DNA of 63,674 nt, the filler included, from Choristocarpus tenellus KU-1152 (lineage: Eukaryota > Protista > Phaeophyceae): the NCBI GenBank assembly GCA_964200185.2. It is 15 parts of 15 records of this genome, joined end to end, with 100 filler letters (N's around TTAATTAATTAA, not from the genome) between each part and the next. Parts side by side here need not be neighbours in the genome. Positions count along the whole stretch, not along the records: positions 49,559 to 52,156 come from CAXNAD020026407.1; positions 52,257 to 60,349 come from CAXNAD020005160.1; positions 60,450 to 63,674 come from CAXNAD020021421.1; 12 more parts are not named here. One strand, 5' to 3'. Shown here piece by piece: positions 49,986 to 63,674 of this stretch (its first letter is position 1; each line of letters opens with the position of its first letter). The notes below the pieces were generated by a model. That model ran no database searches. It saw nothing but the letters and a program-made list of their open reading frames with translations, and was not told the DNA's origin. The translations under genes and the position numbers were made by a program.

Positions 49986-51776
49986 AAACACTTGAGTACA
50001 CCATCATGTCAGCCACATGCTAAAAAAATCCTATGTGAACGGATGAAAGCCGCAACATCGCCAAATGCGCTAAATCATGACGGTGTGTTCGCGATATTAG
50101 TCATTCAGAGACGCTCCAGTGTAGATTGCGCGAAGGGTGAACGTTTCTTGTATGGGGACTCACCTTCTGGTTCCCTTTGGAGGCATGGTGGCGTTCGGTG
50201 GTTGGACTAAGCCTCTCAGTTGATCGTGGGATGTTTACATCGGGTGGGCACGTTGGAAATGGGACAAGAGAAACAAACAGAAAGAGAGAAAATGTTTTGC
50301 GCATCGAGTCAGGCCTGGAGAGGATGGCATGTCGTGGTCGGTTCACATCATCCTCCAGCCGTATGCACCTGATCACCTTGCACGAAGTGGAAGTCTTGTC
50401 GTCTTTTTACCTTCTGACACGCCCGGTATTCAGCGTCACGTACAGCACACAGAGATAGCCTCAGACGAACCCGATTCTCATGGAAAGGATACACACCTAT
50501 CCTCTCTTGACCAAGAAAATGATATATAATAAGGGGAATTTTTCTCTCTTCACATATGTTTTGAAATTTCTATGTATGTCTACGACGGCGTTGAACTAGA
50601 ACAAATTCAGACATAAAATTGTGTATATATATATATATTGTGCAAAATAGGACAATAGTGGGTGTACCTTATTTTGTTTATATGAGATTATTGTGTTGAA
50701 TTGAGTTCATGTGATGTAGCTAATGAAATAGTACGTCCGGATTATGTATGGGATTACGTAATGGTATTTATTCTGCATTCAACTACTTTGACATAACCAT
50801 GGACTTATGCATGGGACACAAATAAAAATAAAACAAGCAATGAGAGGACACCCTACAAAGGTCACTCTTCTAATCTTCAATCATATAATCACGTTCAGCA
50901 AAGGGGGTCGTGTGGGGCTTCACACCTTCTTATCTTCACTACTAACAAATAGCATTACATCCCAAGGTAATTTGCACATATATATATGTGTGTGTAACTC
51001 CCCATGTGCAGTTTCTTAATTAGTGCGAGAGGGTCAAACTTTGAGTTTGCATATTTTTTTGTCATATATTCGAAGTTTTGTAGAATTATATTATAGTGCA
51101 CAACAAAAACACTTTCGCCAAACCACATATGCGACAAACCCCACACTCCCTCACTCTGTCGACAACAAACCAACGGGCCTGGACAATATAGAGGAATTGT
51201 TGTCGCAGTTCTTCGAGAGGACCATACCCATCGCAACACAGATGTACGATGGACGACAGCCAGCCACTATGGGATCTCGCTAACAACGGGGATGAACTCG
51301 TGGACTCCAAAGGGGTAGATACCAGGACATCCCAAAGGCAAGTCCAGGCCTCCATCGCAGCTAGACACACTCCAATGTAGCCTGTGCGTTCTGTAATTAC
51401 CTGAAGGAGAGATTAGCGCTTGAAGACTAGGCATAGCGAAGCATATGGTCACCATATCCTTCCGAAATCACACATTTGCATCGAAATCAAAGAGACGTGG
51501 TGTTCACCAGTTCCACCGTAGTTCTGAACCGGTGACGCACACGTCCTCCAATCAAGAGCAGAACAAAACCTAACAACAAAGTTCGTGTTCTTCGATATCC
51601 GCGTTCCGATATGTATCATAACCAAACGATGTTCCTTCCAGTTTCTGTTTCCGATCCCAACCCTAGCACCCGTCCCAACCCTAACCCTTTGCCTTAACCC
51701 TAACACCGTCCCCCACCCTTGCACAATAATGAAATTATGCCAAGTCATGTTTTGCTCTTCCTTCGTCTGCTCGCCT

Positions 51777-52040
51777 CATGTCATTTTTGCCATACTTTAC
51801 CATTCGACAAAGTATGGCAAAAATTGCGGCTGTCCACATACCAACGTATTTGAAGGCACACGCATCATGTCATTTGTACCGTACTTTGTCCTACGACAAA
51901 GTGCGGCAAAAGTTGCGGCGGTCCATATATCAACTTTTTTCAAGCCACACGCCCCATGTCATTTTCACCATACTTTACCGTACGTCAAAGTATGGCAAAC
52001 GTTGCGGCTGTCCACATACCAACCTCTTTGAAGTTGCACG
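51777..52040. repeat. Tandem repeat, 89 bp x3, each unit with an internal inverted repeat
   Basis: catgtcattt at 51777, 51866 and 51955. Confidence 0.9.
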
Positions 52041-52315
52041 CCTCCAAACCATCGTCCTTGACTCTCCGCAAACCTCAATCGCGATCTCATATCCCCTATG
52101 AGTCAAAGTATCTTAGAGGGTAGAGCCGTGTCCATTTGGGGGTCAAAATCCAATGTNNNNNNNNNNNNNNNNNNNNNNNNNNNNNNNNNNNNNNNNNNNN
52201 TTAATTAATTAANNNNNNNNNNNNNNNNNNNNNNNNNNNNNNNNNNNNNNNNNNNNCTATTTTGCGCAGGGGCCATCAAGGCGCAATGACCATGATGGGA
52301 GAGGGTAAGTGAGGA

Positions 52316-52900
52316 ATGATGAGGGTGCCTCTGTCCTCGAAGAAAACGGACTATCTCTTTACTCCCTGTTTGACGGAGGAAGTGGGGACAGTACGCGAGG
52401 GAATGATCCACCCTGAGGAAAATGAGGGGGAAGCCATCACATCCGATGGTAAGATCGATTATGGGATTACTATCGAATTTCTTGAAGATTGCGCCGATGC
52501 TTTGTTGAGAAATAGTTTTGAAAAGGAGTGTATCAGGAGCGGCATTTTCAAAAATCGAAACCCGACAGTAACATCCAATGTTCTTAAACAGGTGATTGAC
52601 CGTCACGGGTTCGTGACGGCGAAGACAGGGGTTAAGGCCAAACCCTCATTGTTGACGATTATTGCTATGTCCACCGCGCTATCCTCCAGGGGTGCAATGA
52701 TCGGGGCGAGATCACAAGGCGCAGGTTGCAAATGGAGGATATAAATATCCTCATCAAGAGAAAGGCCATATTCCTTTGCGGTGTGGAAGCAGAGGAGTGA
52801 AGCGACCGATATTCGTCGCCTCATAACTTGTGGCACATTCTGACAGAAGCGTTCCCCAGGCTACGGGGTTGGTGGAAGATGGAAGATGGACACCGTTTCC
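52316..52900 (+). pseudogene. Unidentified ORF remnant (142 codons, then stops)
   Basis: Coding-like composition; no family recognised. Confidence 0.35.
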
Positions 52901-53294
52901 TAAGTTTCAACGAGATGATGGAGAAGAAAATCAAAAGTAAGAACTAGATTAGAGTATCAACCGTTGTTGATTATTTCAACGATTGATAAGCCAAAGAACG
53001 TAAACACTGGTCTCCGTAGATCAGTATCGAACGTGTACACTTGTTGGATACTTATGTCAGTAGTTTGGACCGAGTCCATCTCTTTAAGATGTTTTGGTAA
53101 CGGTGTTGTTGGGTTAGGAGACTGTGATGCGTTATCGCGAAACACCTTCCTTAGAGATTGTTGCAACCCCTAGGCACAAGATACGGCCTACGCTCCTAAG
53201 AAGTGACTGCCAATGTGGGCTTGATTGTTTTTCAGATCTTGAGAGAGGCTATGTTATCTTTGCGGAAGCATAATGCTTCCCTTTTCCTAGAGTA

Positions 53295-54600
53295 ACAGTT
53301 CAACCTCTCTTGGTTGATAAATTAGATGTGTTTCGATTGTGTGTAAAGTGCGGTTGCTGTGTGTTGAGACAGATCGATGTGTTGTTGTCGATGCTTTCTT
53401 CCCAAAAAATTGATGCAATCTTCAGACCCAAGATGTACATTCCATACTCATGTGTTAGGTGGATGGCAATGTAAAGTAGACCTCGAATGATTTGGCGTAG
53501 GTAGAGCAGATGTTACTCTTTTCAAGAGTGTAGAATTAGTTGTGTTGGGTAATGCAACGGCCCCTCTTGGTTAATCGAGTAGTTGTGTTTCGTTTGTGTT
53601 TCAAATGATTTTGCTGGACTGGGGGCATGGATGTGTGTTATGGTTGATAGTTTCACCATTGCATGTTAAAGATAACTGCAAACGTTTACACCCGACATCT
53701 ATTCCACGTTCACATGTTCCATGAACGGCAATGTAGTGTATACCTTACATTATTTTGAGGTATGGAGAGCCAAAATTGATTCGTTTTTTGACGATGTCTT
53801 GCATGTGTCTTCTGCAATAGTTCAGCCTCTCTCTTGATCAGGACAAGTGCTTCCTCACATGTTCAAGGTCTCACAAGTTGTTCTCGCCTATGTACTTTAG
53901 AGTTGGACAGTTTCCAACGAAAGCCTTCAGTGTGTATCGAGTCTATGAAATGGAAAATGTTTTCAGGTGTCACCTACACGTGCAGATCTCCATGTACGTG
54001 GTGTCCACTAAGGTCATATTTTCACCATCCTGGACAAAGCCTTGTTTAAAAGTGGTTTTTAAGAAATTTTTCAAAGGTGACTTAGGTACACCTCGAATTT
54101 CCAAAGGCTAAGTGTTTTATGCTACATTATCTAATGCTACACTCGTTAACATATCCCACTCAGCATGTGCTTTTTCAACGCACTTCGTTTAACAAGATCA
54201 GAGCACAGGAGTACATCTCCTTCTCATTTCAATCTCCCACTTCCGCGCACGTTTTACCCTGCATTGAGTCTGTTACATACAGGAAACATTTCGACACGTC
54301 CACGACATGTGCAAATGGCCGTTTATGTGGTGTCCACTATGGTGAAAATGTATCCTATCTCGTGTAAAACCATGTTCAAGAGTTATGCACTGTGACAAAT
54401 GCTTCAAGGGTTATCATATGTACACCTCCATTTTCTTGAGGCTAACAGCTTTTTTAAACACTATCTAATATCACATGTATGAACATATGCAACCATAGAT
54501 CTATGTTTTTTCACGCACTACACTCGATAGGATCAGAGGCAAGGACTGCCATCCACGTACACATAACCTCCCGCCTCCGCGCACATTCTTCCTGCATACT
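53295..54600. repeat. Highly diverged tandem duplications (periods about 260 bp and about 330 bp)
   Basis: cctcttggtt...tgtgtttcg at about 53303 and 53563; ggcaatgta at 53465 and 53727; gtggtgtccacta at 53998 and 54327. Confidence 0.65.
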
Positions 54601-57600
54601 TGTCCATCACCTGCTGCCATCCTCCAAGTAACTCGACCCTACCCTCACGAACTGACCAAAAGTTGCCATGAAATTCGTATGGAAATGCAACTTTCTCATA
54701 CTCCACCTATATTTGCACAATACCCGTTTTTTTTACTCACATCTCTTTCTTTATATGCACCAGTACAATGGATACAGGACAAACGACTCCAGTTCAATGT
54801 TGGGGCCATCCCCTTATTCCTTGCGTCTTGTTCTTACTGTGTTTCTGCCTCACTTACTTAAAACATGCAACATTTAAGTTGTTCCATCCCAAGTTAACCG
54901 CTAAATTACGATGAAATCTCAATGAGAGAACCGGTTCATTGTGACACCACACCCCACCAGAGTGCAACAAATATGCTTAGTTCATTCTTACCGAGGAATC
55001 CACCCCGTCTGTTCGCATCATCTCAAGTCATTTTCTTCTCGTCGCACATAATAGGTCGCAATAATATAACTAATACAAAAACTAACACATTGTACATACA
55101 TCGCCATCAAACTAGAATGACAATGCCATCCTCCCCCCAAAAATGAATAGGATAATACTCCTGGCAATATCTCATAATCCTATTTTGTTCTATGCACCAC
55201 AAAGGACTCCGTCGCTCTTTGCTTGGTTGTCCTCGAAACGACCCGTGCATCCTTGCTGCGTTTGTGCGCTCGACCTTATCCTGCTTGGCAAAAATTGTCC
55301 TACCATCAAAACTCGACAAAATTGCCACCAATTCCAAAAATAAACGCAAATTCATCAGACAGGCATATTGTCATCGCATGTCCAAAACCACAATAAATGG
55401 GGACACCAGCAATTCACCACGATTGATGGATGATGAAAAAACTAAAAAGAAGCAAACTTCTGAAAGGTGCCCCTGTGGATCGGGGGTTCATCACACTCGC
55501 CTACTAAGACGCTTTCCCATAATTACATGACAAATCGTCATATCGGATCCGAGACCCCATTTTTTGACGGGGCCGTACCCTCTTAGATACTTTGGCTCCC
55601 AGTTGTTGCTCACCTAAGATCGGTCCAACTTGTTCAAGTTAGGCTTGTTTTTCCTCTGTTAGTGTCTGTGCTCATTTTATTTGTGTGTGTATCACTTGAC
55701 AGCTGTTACCGCTATAGTGGCAGTGTAAGCACACCTCGGACAAAGTAATAACCTCAATGCCACGTGTTACCCTACCAAATGTTATTCGTTACAAGATATA
55801 ATGAGCTGATTTGCTGCATGAAGTATGTTGTCCCGAGAACATTTTGGGAAAGCTACTTCATCACGTTATCTTGCCGTCCGTGTAACGTCGGAGTCAATTC
55901 TCTCTGAAGTGTCAATGTTCAAAATATAAGACGTTTGTTTCTGTTTGCATAATTATCACACCTCTAAGCCGGCCACTTCGAAACTCCTAAATGGATTATT
56001 TTTTCACACACTATTAATAATAGTTTTGATCTGCAATAGCAGAGAAAGCGATATATGGAACAAATTTGGCGTAAGAAAGCAAAATGGACAAAAACGTGGG
56101 TATTCAACAATCGTAGTTAATAACGTCCGTTGTGCGGAAACTACTCCAATCGTTTCAATCCTTAACCCTTAACGTCTGTCTGTTGTCTACAGAAAGCCTT
56201 GTATTAGTGTATGGTGACGCAAAAACAAGTCAAATTGTGTTTTGTGATCCTTGGTGTTGTCGAAGAAGTGTAATAGTAGTATCAATATGTTTGCTTTGCT
56301 GTAGCATCACTTGGAAGGTAGGTGTAATCCGAATCTAGGGGATATTTGCATGCATCCGGGACAATTTAACGATCAAATCTAACAACTAGCATTACCTTCC
56401 TTTTGAAAATCATGGCCGTTTGGTCATATTGTTTTCTAACATCTGTTCATCGGGACAACTTCAAGGCCATTCTTCCTCTGTGACATCTCTTAAGAGGACA
56501 ACGTTTGTTTGGAGTCCAGTCTCTCTATAAGACCTGTTGTCCATATAATGATGCCCGAATCATCCATGTATTTTCTCGACCTTGTTCATTAACTATCTCT
56601 GGGCTTGCGCCTATGAAGTCTATTATTATCAGACAATGTGCCGTTAATTGCTATGAAACATAAGTTGTCCAGAAAATGCTTCACCAGAAACATTTAGTTA
56701 CGCTAGCAAGATTTGTCGTTCGGGAAATTTGCTCTGTGATGGCTGATGATATCCAGCAAACCCTCAGGGTCTATTCATTAGTTGAAAGGTCGTACCGACC
56801 TGTTTTCCTTTACGAGGATTTGATGGTCCGTCACCTTATACATGTTACATTCCTTTTTTTTGTTCACAGCAACAAAATCTGTAGATTCCTGGGTAGCACC
56901 CCACCGTATCATATCCATCCACAGACAGAGTTCTTATTTGTTCTGAATAAATGCTTGAAAACATCGTCATGTGCTTATCCTGCGCAGTTATTGTCATTGT
57001 CCGTAAATACAGTAGTTACAGTACCGATTTTGTAGATCGCACACTACATTATTATTGTAGTCCTTGTGAAGTAGATATATTTTCTATAAAAAACATGTAC
57101 ATTATGTTCGTTTTATGATGAGTGGGTGTAATGCAATTTCAAAGTTACAGATGGTGATGAATGGGTCTTGACTTTGCGGTCACGTTTTGACATGTCTGCC
57201 ATTAGCCTGGCGACAAAAATGTCAGGTGACGGGTAGCCAATCAAGATTCTCGACTTAGTGGGCATTTTGGTGAGCTTTAACTGGTAGGAACTCCTTCCCA
57301 TAATTTGTATAGAAGAAACTCCAAACAGGTATGTTACTACATCCATGTATTGTGATGTCGCTAACTCCACTAATCCACACATGCACACACACCAAAACCA
57401 GTAAAGGAAACGAACAAACCGTAAACTTGCAACCTGTAAGCCTTTAGAACCACAAGGCGACAATGGGTCAACATACAATGCTCATTATTAGTTTATGACA
57501 GCATCTTTGGAGATGTGAAAAACAGAGTGCATAGAAGACTCTGAGATCAATGTTTTTGTTGTAGCGATGTAAAGGTTAAGGATTTCAGATAAAGTATAAG

Positions 57601-60600
57601 CTTGCGATGGTGCAGTTAAAGACGGAAGTACCTGTCATCTGACATCTTTCCCACATCTTACGACAAGTCTACAATGAATACATAATAGAAGTCAAACCCT
57701 GAAATTGCCCTTCAGGACACCGTGACCGAGGGGTTAAGGTGCAAGCCTGCTAAGTTTTTGTGCTTTGCACGCGTTATCATTGTCATGGTGGTATCAATTA
57801 GTGAACGAATATAAGCACTTACTACAGAAAGTACGATACTAGTACTACAATTACTATTGAGTCACACTAACTGAGAGGTAGGCAAGGTTGCACTTGAAAG
57901 ATCTCGTCCGAGAAAAGGCAAACATTTGCCGTTTTGTACAATCGGAGAAAGAGCCTTTGTTGAATTGTGGTGTACCTTTGTGTGTGGAGAGAAGGAACAC
58001 CAATTTTGCACACACTATCGTGCACATAAAGCAATGAAATAGAGTGTTGCACAGAGTAAGAGAGGTGACTTGGAAAAAGGTCCAAACCTGCAACGCTAAA
58101 ACGTTCATAATTTTGCTGTGTGAGTGTTACATTGTCCAGGGTGGATATTCGAGCTACATATTCTACACCCGTTTCTGTCCCATTTCCACTATAAATTGGG
58201 TCAGAAGGACCTCAGTGAACACATTCTTGCTGTGGTGGTGATCTTGTTGAGATTGCTATGTATGAACAAGGGCACCGACATTTCAATTCACAAGTGGCTG
58301 TGGTTGGAAGGAGAAAGCTGTTGTGGTATATTTACTAAGAGGTGTTTGTAGTCTAGCAGGCGATCTGATCGCGTGAATAAAGATATACCAATTACGGGAA
58401 CACGCATGTGTCTAAGACAACAAAAAAACAGAGCATCCAAAGTGTTCTAATGTTTCGAACGAGTCTACAGCTTCCCAATAAACGTGAAAATTCGAAGAGC
58501 GTACAGTGTCCAGGACATTAATCCTAGAGTATGCCACTGCAACAAGTTGTACCTACTTGTTGTGGCGAGTCAGTTGTCATCAAAACCAGGGGAAACACAT
58601 ACCCCCTCTCCCACAGCAGGATTCCGCTGAAAGGGCAAGGGGATGCGCTCATTGTAGCAATGTGTTTGTGCCCTGGATATTCTACATATTTGTGCATACT
58701 ACATATTTTGAAAACCCCTTGACTGAAGCCTTCATTCAGCCTCTAGTTTCTGAACATGAAATCCTGCCGCTCACATCTTGCTACACAAAAATATGTGCTC
58801 TCTTGTGACAGCACAGTTACATCATATACTTCAAACCAACACACGAGTTCCAACAATATGCAAAATACTCATCAACCAACCTTACTTGAGCTTTGAGTTA
58901 TATGCAGGATAGGATTTGTGTCAGTTGCAAAAAAGCATAGTAGTAAATACTATAAAAACATCTTGAAGTATAGAGATCATAAAGTGGTCTATCTATGATA
59001 AGTATGGACAAACATCATCCATTGCCGTTCGGCACTCAACTGTTAATACAACTAATAGCCTAGGGAATACCTACTCCAGTGCAACACTGGCACTTTAGTT
59101 GTTAATCGTGCAGCTTGCTCTTGTCTATGATTCACACTATTGCACAAGACTCACGCATAGACATGCACTTCCTTACTCAATTATAGATCCTGGGCTCTTC
59201 AGCACCTCTGAAGATCACGTGACAGACAGTAGCAATATGGTTTGCCATAACTCGTTATTGTAGCCTTCCTGGTGGTGGTGTCCTTGAGGTGCAAGCAACA
59301 CAACTTGGCGCACATTATAGTGGCGTACTGTATATACTATACAGTATGAACCCAAGGAAGTAAACAATCATATAGCGACTCCAACCATCTGACCATCGAA
59401 GCAAGTAAGGACCCTACCAGATCCAGCCAGTACACGTTCGATATATCATTACAACCACATGCCTTACTTACTCTCTCTTTACATGACTTTTCCGCACTTC
59501 CACAGGTCAATCCACAAACATTTTACAACCCACAACCTACTCTTTCCTTTGTAATCAACGCCTATTCAACACAAGGAGATGGGGGGGGGTGCTCAGAGGG
59601 AAGACATACACGGCACTGTGGAAAGCTTCAAACGTATCAGTACAGAATGGCACGTGACCTTCTCACCCTATCTCATTTGATATCCTAACCTCTATTTTAA
59701 CTTCGATTCTCACAAGCATAGCCATGGTCTTCTGCTCCCTACAATTGTGATGTATGTATAGTTCACCTCTGTACCTTCCTTTCTGTGCCTTGTTCACCTC
59801 TCTGCTCAATCCACCAATTTTGGCGTAATCAACGTCACGTACCTAATTTCACGAGTACATACGCACATGCCAAAAAATGCCAAACCCCCAAGATAACAAT
59901 AAAATTACTGTGCTAGGAAGTTGCATTTCACTCTGACCAAGTTGTCAGAACAAGCAATTAAACACGGATAACACAAGATAGCGCAATAGGCACCAATCCA
60001 GCCAAGCTGCAGCACCGCTGATTCTCCTTACAACAACGGGTAGGCAGCCTGCACAAGAGTATTACTAGTACAGCTCTTCAGTATACTTCACTACAGTACA
60101 CAAAGAAACCACCCTTTCTCCTTCACACTCTACCCTTCTCAGTGTTAATACAAACAATAACACATTCAATCTTCACATCATGCACTCCACTAGTTTATTA
60201 GGATCCGCCATCAACCGTTAACAAACACAAACTGGCTTCTATCGACAACTCATACAACCCGCCCGCCTTTCTGCTATCCCATACATATACACCCTGCACA
60301 GAGGTTCCTACACCCCTCTACCTTTCCCTGATTCTCCCACCCCCGTACCNNNNNNNNNNNNNNNNNNNNNNNNNNNNNNNNNNNNNNNNNNNNTTAATTA
60401 ATTAANNNNNNNNNNNNNNNNNNNNNNNNNNNNNNNNNNNNNNNNNNNNTATTTTGGCCCCCAAATGGACGCGGCTCTACCCTCTAAGATACTTTGGCTC
60501 AAGACTGTTTTCGAAAAACAACCATCCTCATAGTCCCGTGACATCCTCAATTTTGCGAATCCCCTGTTCGATGTGATTATTCGATCAGGTATGACGTTGT

Positions 60601-63600
60601 GTCCCTGCAATGTAATTTGTGCAGAGAACAGAACGACATACACTTTAGCACTTATCAAAAAACTGTCTGACATCTGTCTCCTTTGAAGGTGTCAAACTGC
60701 AGAGCCAATCAAGACCTCCATTCTTGCCTTGTTGTGTAGCAATGTGCAGGGCTGATCTAATTCACTCTCTTCTAGGTGCACAATGACTTTTTTTTCAATC
60801 GATTCCACCATAAATTGAACTAATATGCGAAATCCATCAAATCAACAACATACATATTCCTTGTCTGGACACTTCTTTTTATAACGTACACATTTTGCCG
60901 ACTCCGAAACATTTTGGAGTAGGCAAAATGTCAATAAAACCCCATGGGAATCAAGCCCCACATGGACAAACAGGACAAAATCCGTACCCTCTAAAGTACA
61001 TACTTCGAAGAATAGATAATAAAGGGACTACTTCCTGAAATACTGCTAAATTATTCCTGCCAATTCCTCTGTGGGGTGGTGTATGATCGTTTGCCATGTC
61101 ATCCTCAGAAGATATATTACATCATGGAAGTATAGCATACTTGAAGTGCAAAAACTTCTGTTGTTTTGGTGTGGGTACTACTGGTACCTGTAGGAAGCAG
61201 GAACCCGCCCCTGACCTGAACAAAGGAACCACCTAACCACCTGACTGAGGACAGACCCTGCTCCAGGACCCCTGTATCCTGTGCAGACTTGGAAATGTGA
61301 AACAAGCATAGAGCAAGCATAGAGGCGGACCCAACTAGCCCCTATACTGTTTGTCCTACTTTACTACTATGAAGTACTACTATTGCTACAACGGTACAAC
61401 TCTAGCCTCAGAGCCAGACCCACTCACTGTTTTAGACACACATGGTCCCAGGTAGTGTATGACACCTGGAACAACTTTAAGTTACAAAACTATTGTTTTA
61501 GGTGTCACCAGTGGTTTACCAGTTGAGATCCTGCAGTCCAGAATAATGTTATATACATCCATGTTAAGAGGAGTTGGCTGCGGTGTTTTGTAGTATTAGT
61601 ATTATTATTATTTTATTTTATTTTTATGCCCTCTGACATTTTGTAGGAGTTTGTTTACCAAGAGGGCTGGGAGAGTGTTGTGTGTGGAAACATGGGTAAC
61701 TATTAATTGATATATTTTGTAAGTTGATCATTGGTGTTTTAATATTTAATTGATGAAAAGATTCAATCAGTGATCAAATAAACATGTGTTTTTGTATTAA
61801 TCAACGAAAATAATCCAGACAAACCCAGGTCAAAGCGTTTACAAAACCTGTGCTACAAGCATTGGACCTGGACATGGACTTGTACTGAAATACGTTCGTA
61901 CCTGTCAAACACACTAGAATATCAAGGTGATAAGGTGAGATGAATTATCTTGTGAATCACGATAGTTCAACAAGAATAACCAAATAACTGAAATAAGAAA
62001 GATCGATTTTTAAATTTTCTTCGATCATAATATAATAAGTAGAAATATAACTACTGAACGCATCCAAGGTCACAGAAAAACCACATATTTGTCACTACCC
62101 ACAACTTAATACACATATCACTGTTCATGGCGTTGGATCTGCCTTCTGAGACCTGTGAATGCTTTGGAGTTTTGCCTCACAGTGCCACACTTCACTCGGC
62201 GACAACGGTTGATTTAATTGCAGCCATAAATTATTTCGATACACAACAGTAGAGATGAAAGTACTTCTTTTGAAAGGAGGTGCTTACTGCATTCAATGAC
62301 AACAAATAAAAAAAGTCTGCTCATTTGCAGTAGGTGGGTACAGATACGCATGGAGTTTTTTAACTACATTGGATTTGGTTAAATAGTAGGCCTTATCAAC
62401 TAATAATGTAGGGATATTGATTAGTAGTCACTGAACACTTGACTAAAATCGCCAGTTCCTGCAGTAGTGGAAAAATGCATATCAAGAGGACAGTATAACA
62501 ATCCCATCGGAATTGTCCGCAGATATAGTGTAGCAAGTAATGCACTATAATAGGTTAATGATTATTTCCAAATACTGTGAAAAAATAGTATCGCTATGTG
62601 CAAGCCACCCCCCACAACACCATTATATTATAATAATACAAAGTATATACTTCGTCATGTTTTTCCTTCCCGTAGGAACTCCCCGGTTCCTGAGTCCCCC
62701 GTACTAAAGTTGCGCATCCAACAACCATGGAAGATAGCATCCTTGTGGCTCAGAGGTTTAAGGAGGCGAATCCCTGCATGAATTGTCCAGGGTCGAACCG
62801 CGTCGAAAGCAAAATATTTAGGGAAATTTGTATTTTATTATCCAATTCCCAGCAGCTAGCACAGGCAGATCGTGTAACTATACTATCCTATCTGTTGCTA
62901 TGTCTAAAAAAAAACACTGGAAAAGGTTTGAGGTGGCGACGTCAAGGCAAGACCAGCACAACATTCAAGGGAGGAGGCTGGCAGTGGAAATTGTTGAACA
63001 CAACACATAAGAAGTAAAGAAAGCACAAACAGGGGCAGTTGCGGTACAAGGGCCAACTGCAGTAATTACGATGACAAGTAGTAGTGCAGTGCATTGTACA
63101 CCTGACCGTGGGTTGGGATAGTCTTCAGACTAAAGGTCAAACAAGAAATAGATAATAACAGTAAAAATGCTCACAAATATCGTGAATTTGTCACACGCCA
63201 CAGTTCATTGGACCTATTGTTCATTAGTGCTTGAACACATGACCACCCCGATCTTGCTTTTCTCCAGTTGCAGTGATGGAGGAATATTCCAGAGGAGTCC
63301 TAAGCCATTCATTTTTTTTCCAACTTTTCAAGGGCACATTGCTAGGAGCAATTGCAAAGGCCAGCAATAACTGGAAATTCAAAGTTGAGTTTTGGGATGT
63401 ACTTGAAGAACAGCGACAACCCTAATCGGCATTTACATTCAGGAAGAATAGGCAGCAGTTATTGTGTCTTTCACACCACCTTCATGTAGATGAAAAGAAA
63501 GCACATCCTTTTGAGTAAAAGTATCTTAGAGGGTACGAGTTTTGCCCTGCTTGTCCATTTGGGGGTTGACTTCCCTCGGGTTTTCTAATGACATTTTCCT

Positions 63601-63674
63601 ACTCCAAAATATTTCGGAGTAGGTAAAATGTATACGTTATGAAAAGGTGTGTCCGCAACAAGGATATTGACACT

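Noticed and set aside
46532-55598. Treating the ParB-like ORF, tandem arrays and the 52316 ORF as one element
   Set aside because: They lie on three separate contigs joined by artificial linkers.

Overview
This is not one locus. It is 15 short eukaryotic contigs joined by 14 artificial 100-bp linkers (44 N + TTAATTAATTAA + 44 N), so adjacency across linkers means nothing. The DNA is intron-rich and TE-rich; a stramenopile or brown-alga-like origin is my inference only. Host gene pieces are an IPI1/TEX10 homologue head-to-head with a low-complexity gene, six exons of an ALO/GULO-type FAD oxidoreductase (one GC-AG intron), one exon of glutamine-dependent NAD synthetase, a ParB/Srx-like ORF, and two unknown multi-exon genes. 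TE remnants include three decayed plant/oomycete-type mariner transposases plus Copia, Gypsy and CRE-like fragments. Two abundant MITE families (A about 258 bp, B about 178 bp) share a G-N4-AAAGTATCT terminal repeat and make 3- or 4-bp TSDs. The main finding is that this TIR reads as a splice donor (AAA|GTATCT) at one end and a splice acceptor (pyrimidine tract-AG|ATACTTT) at the other, in either orientation. Two copies with 4-bp TSDs sit in opposite orientations inside coding exons of one gene (40349-42246, minus strand). Splicing at the TIR sites would restore the frame and leave an 8-codon scar. This is a candidate orientation-independent intron-generating (introner-like) transposon, untested without RNA data.
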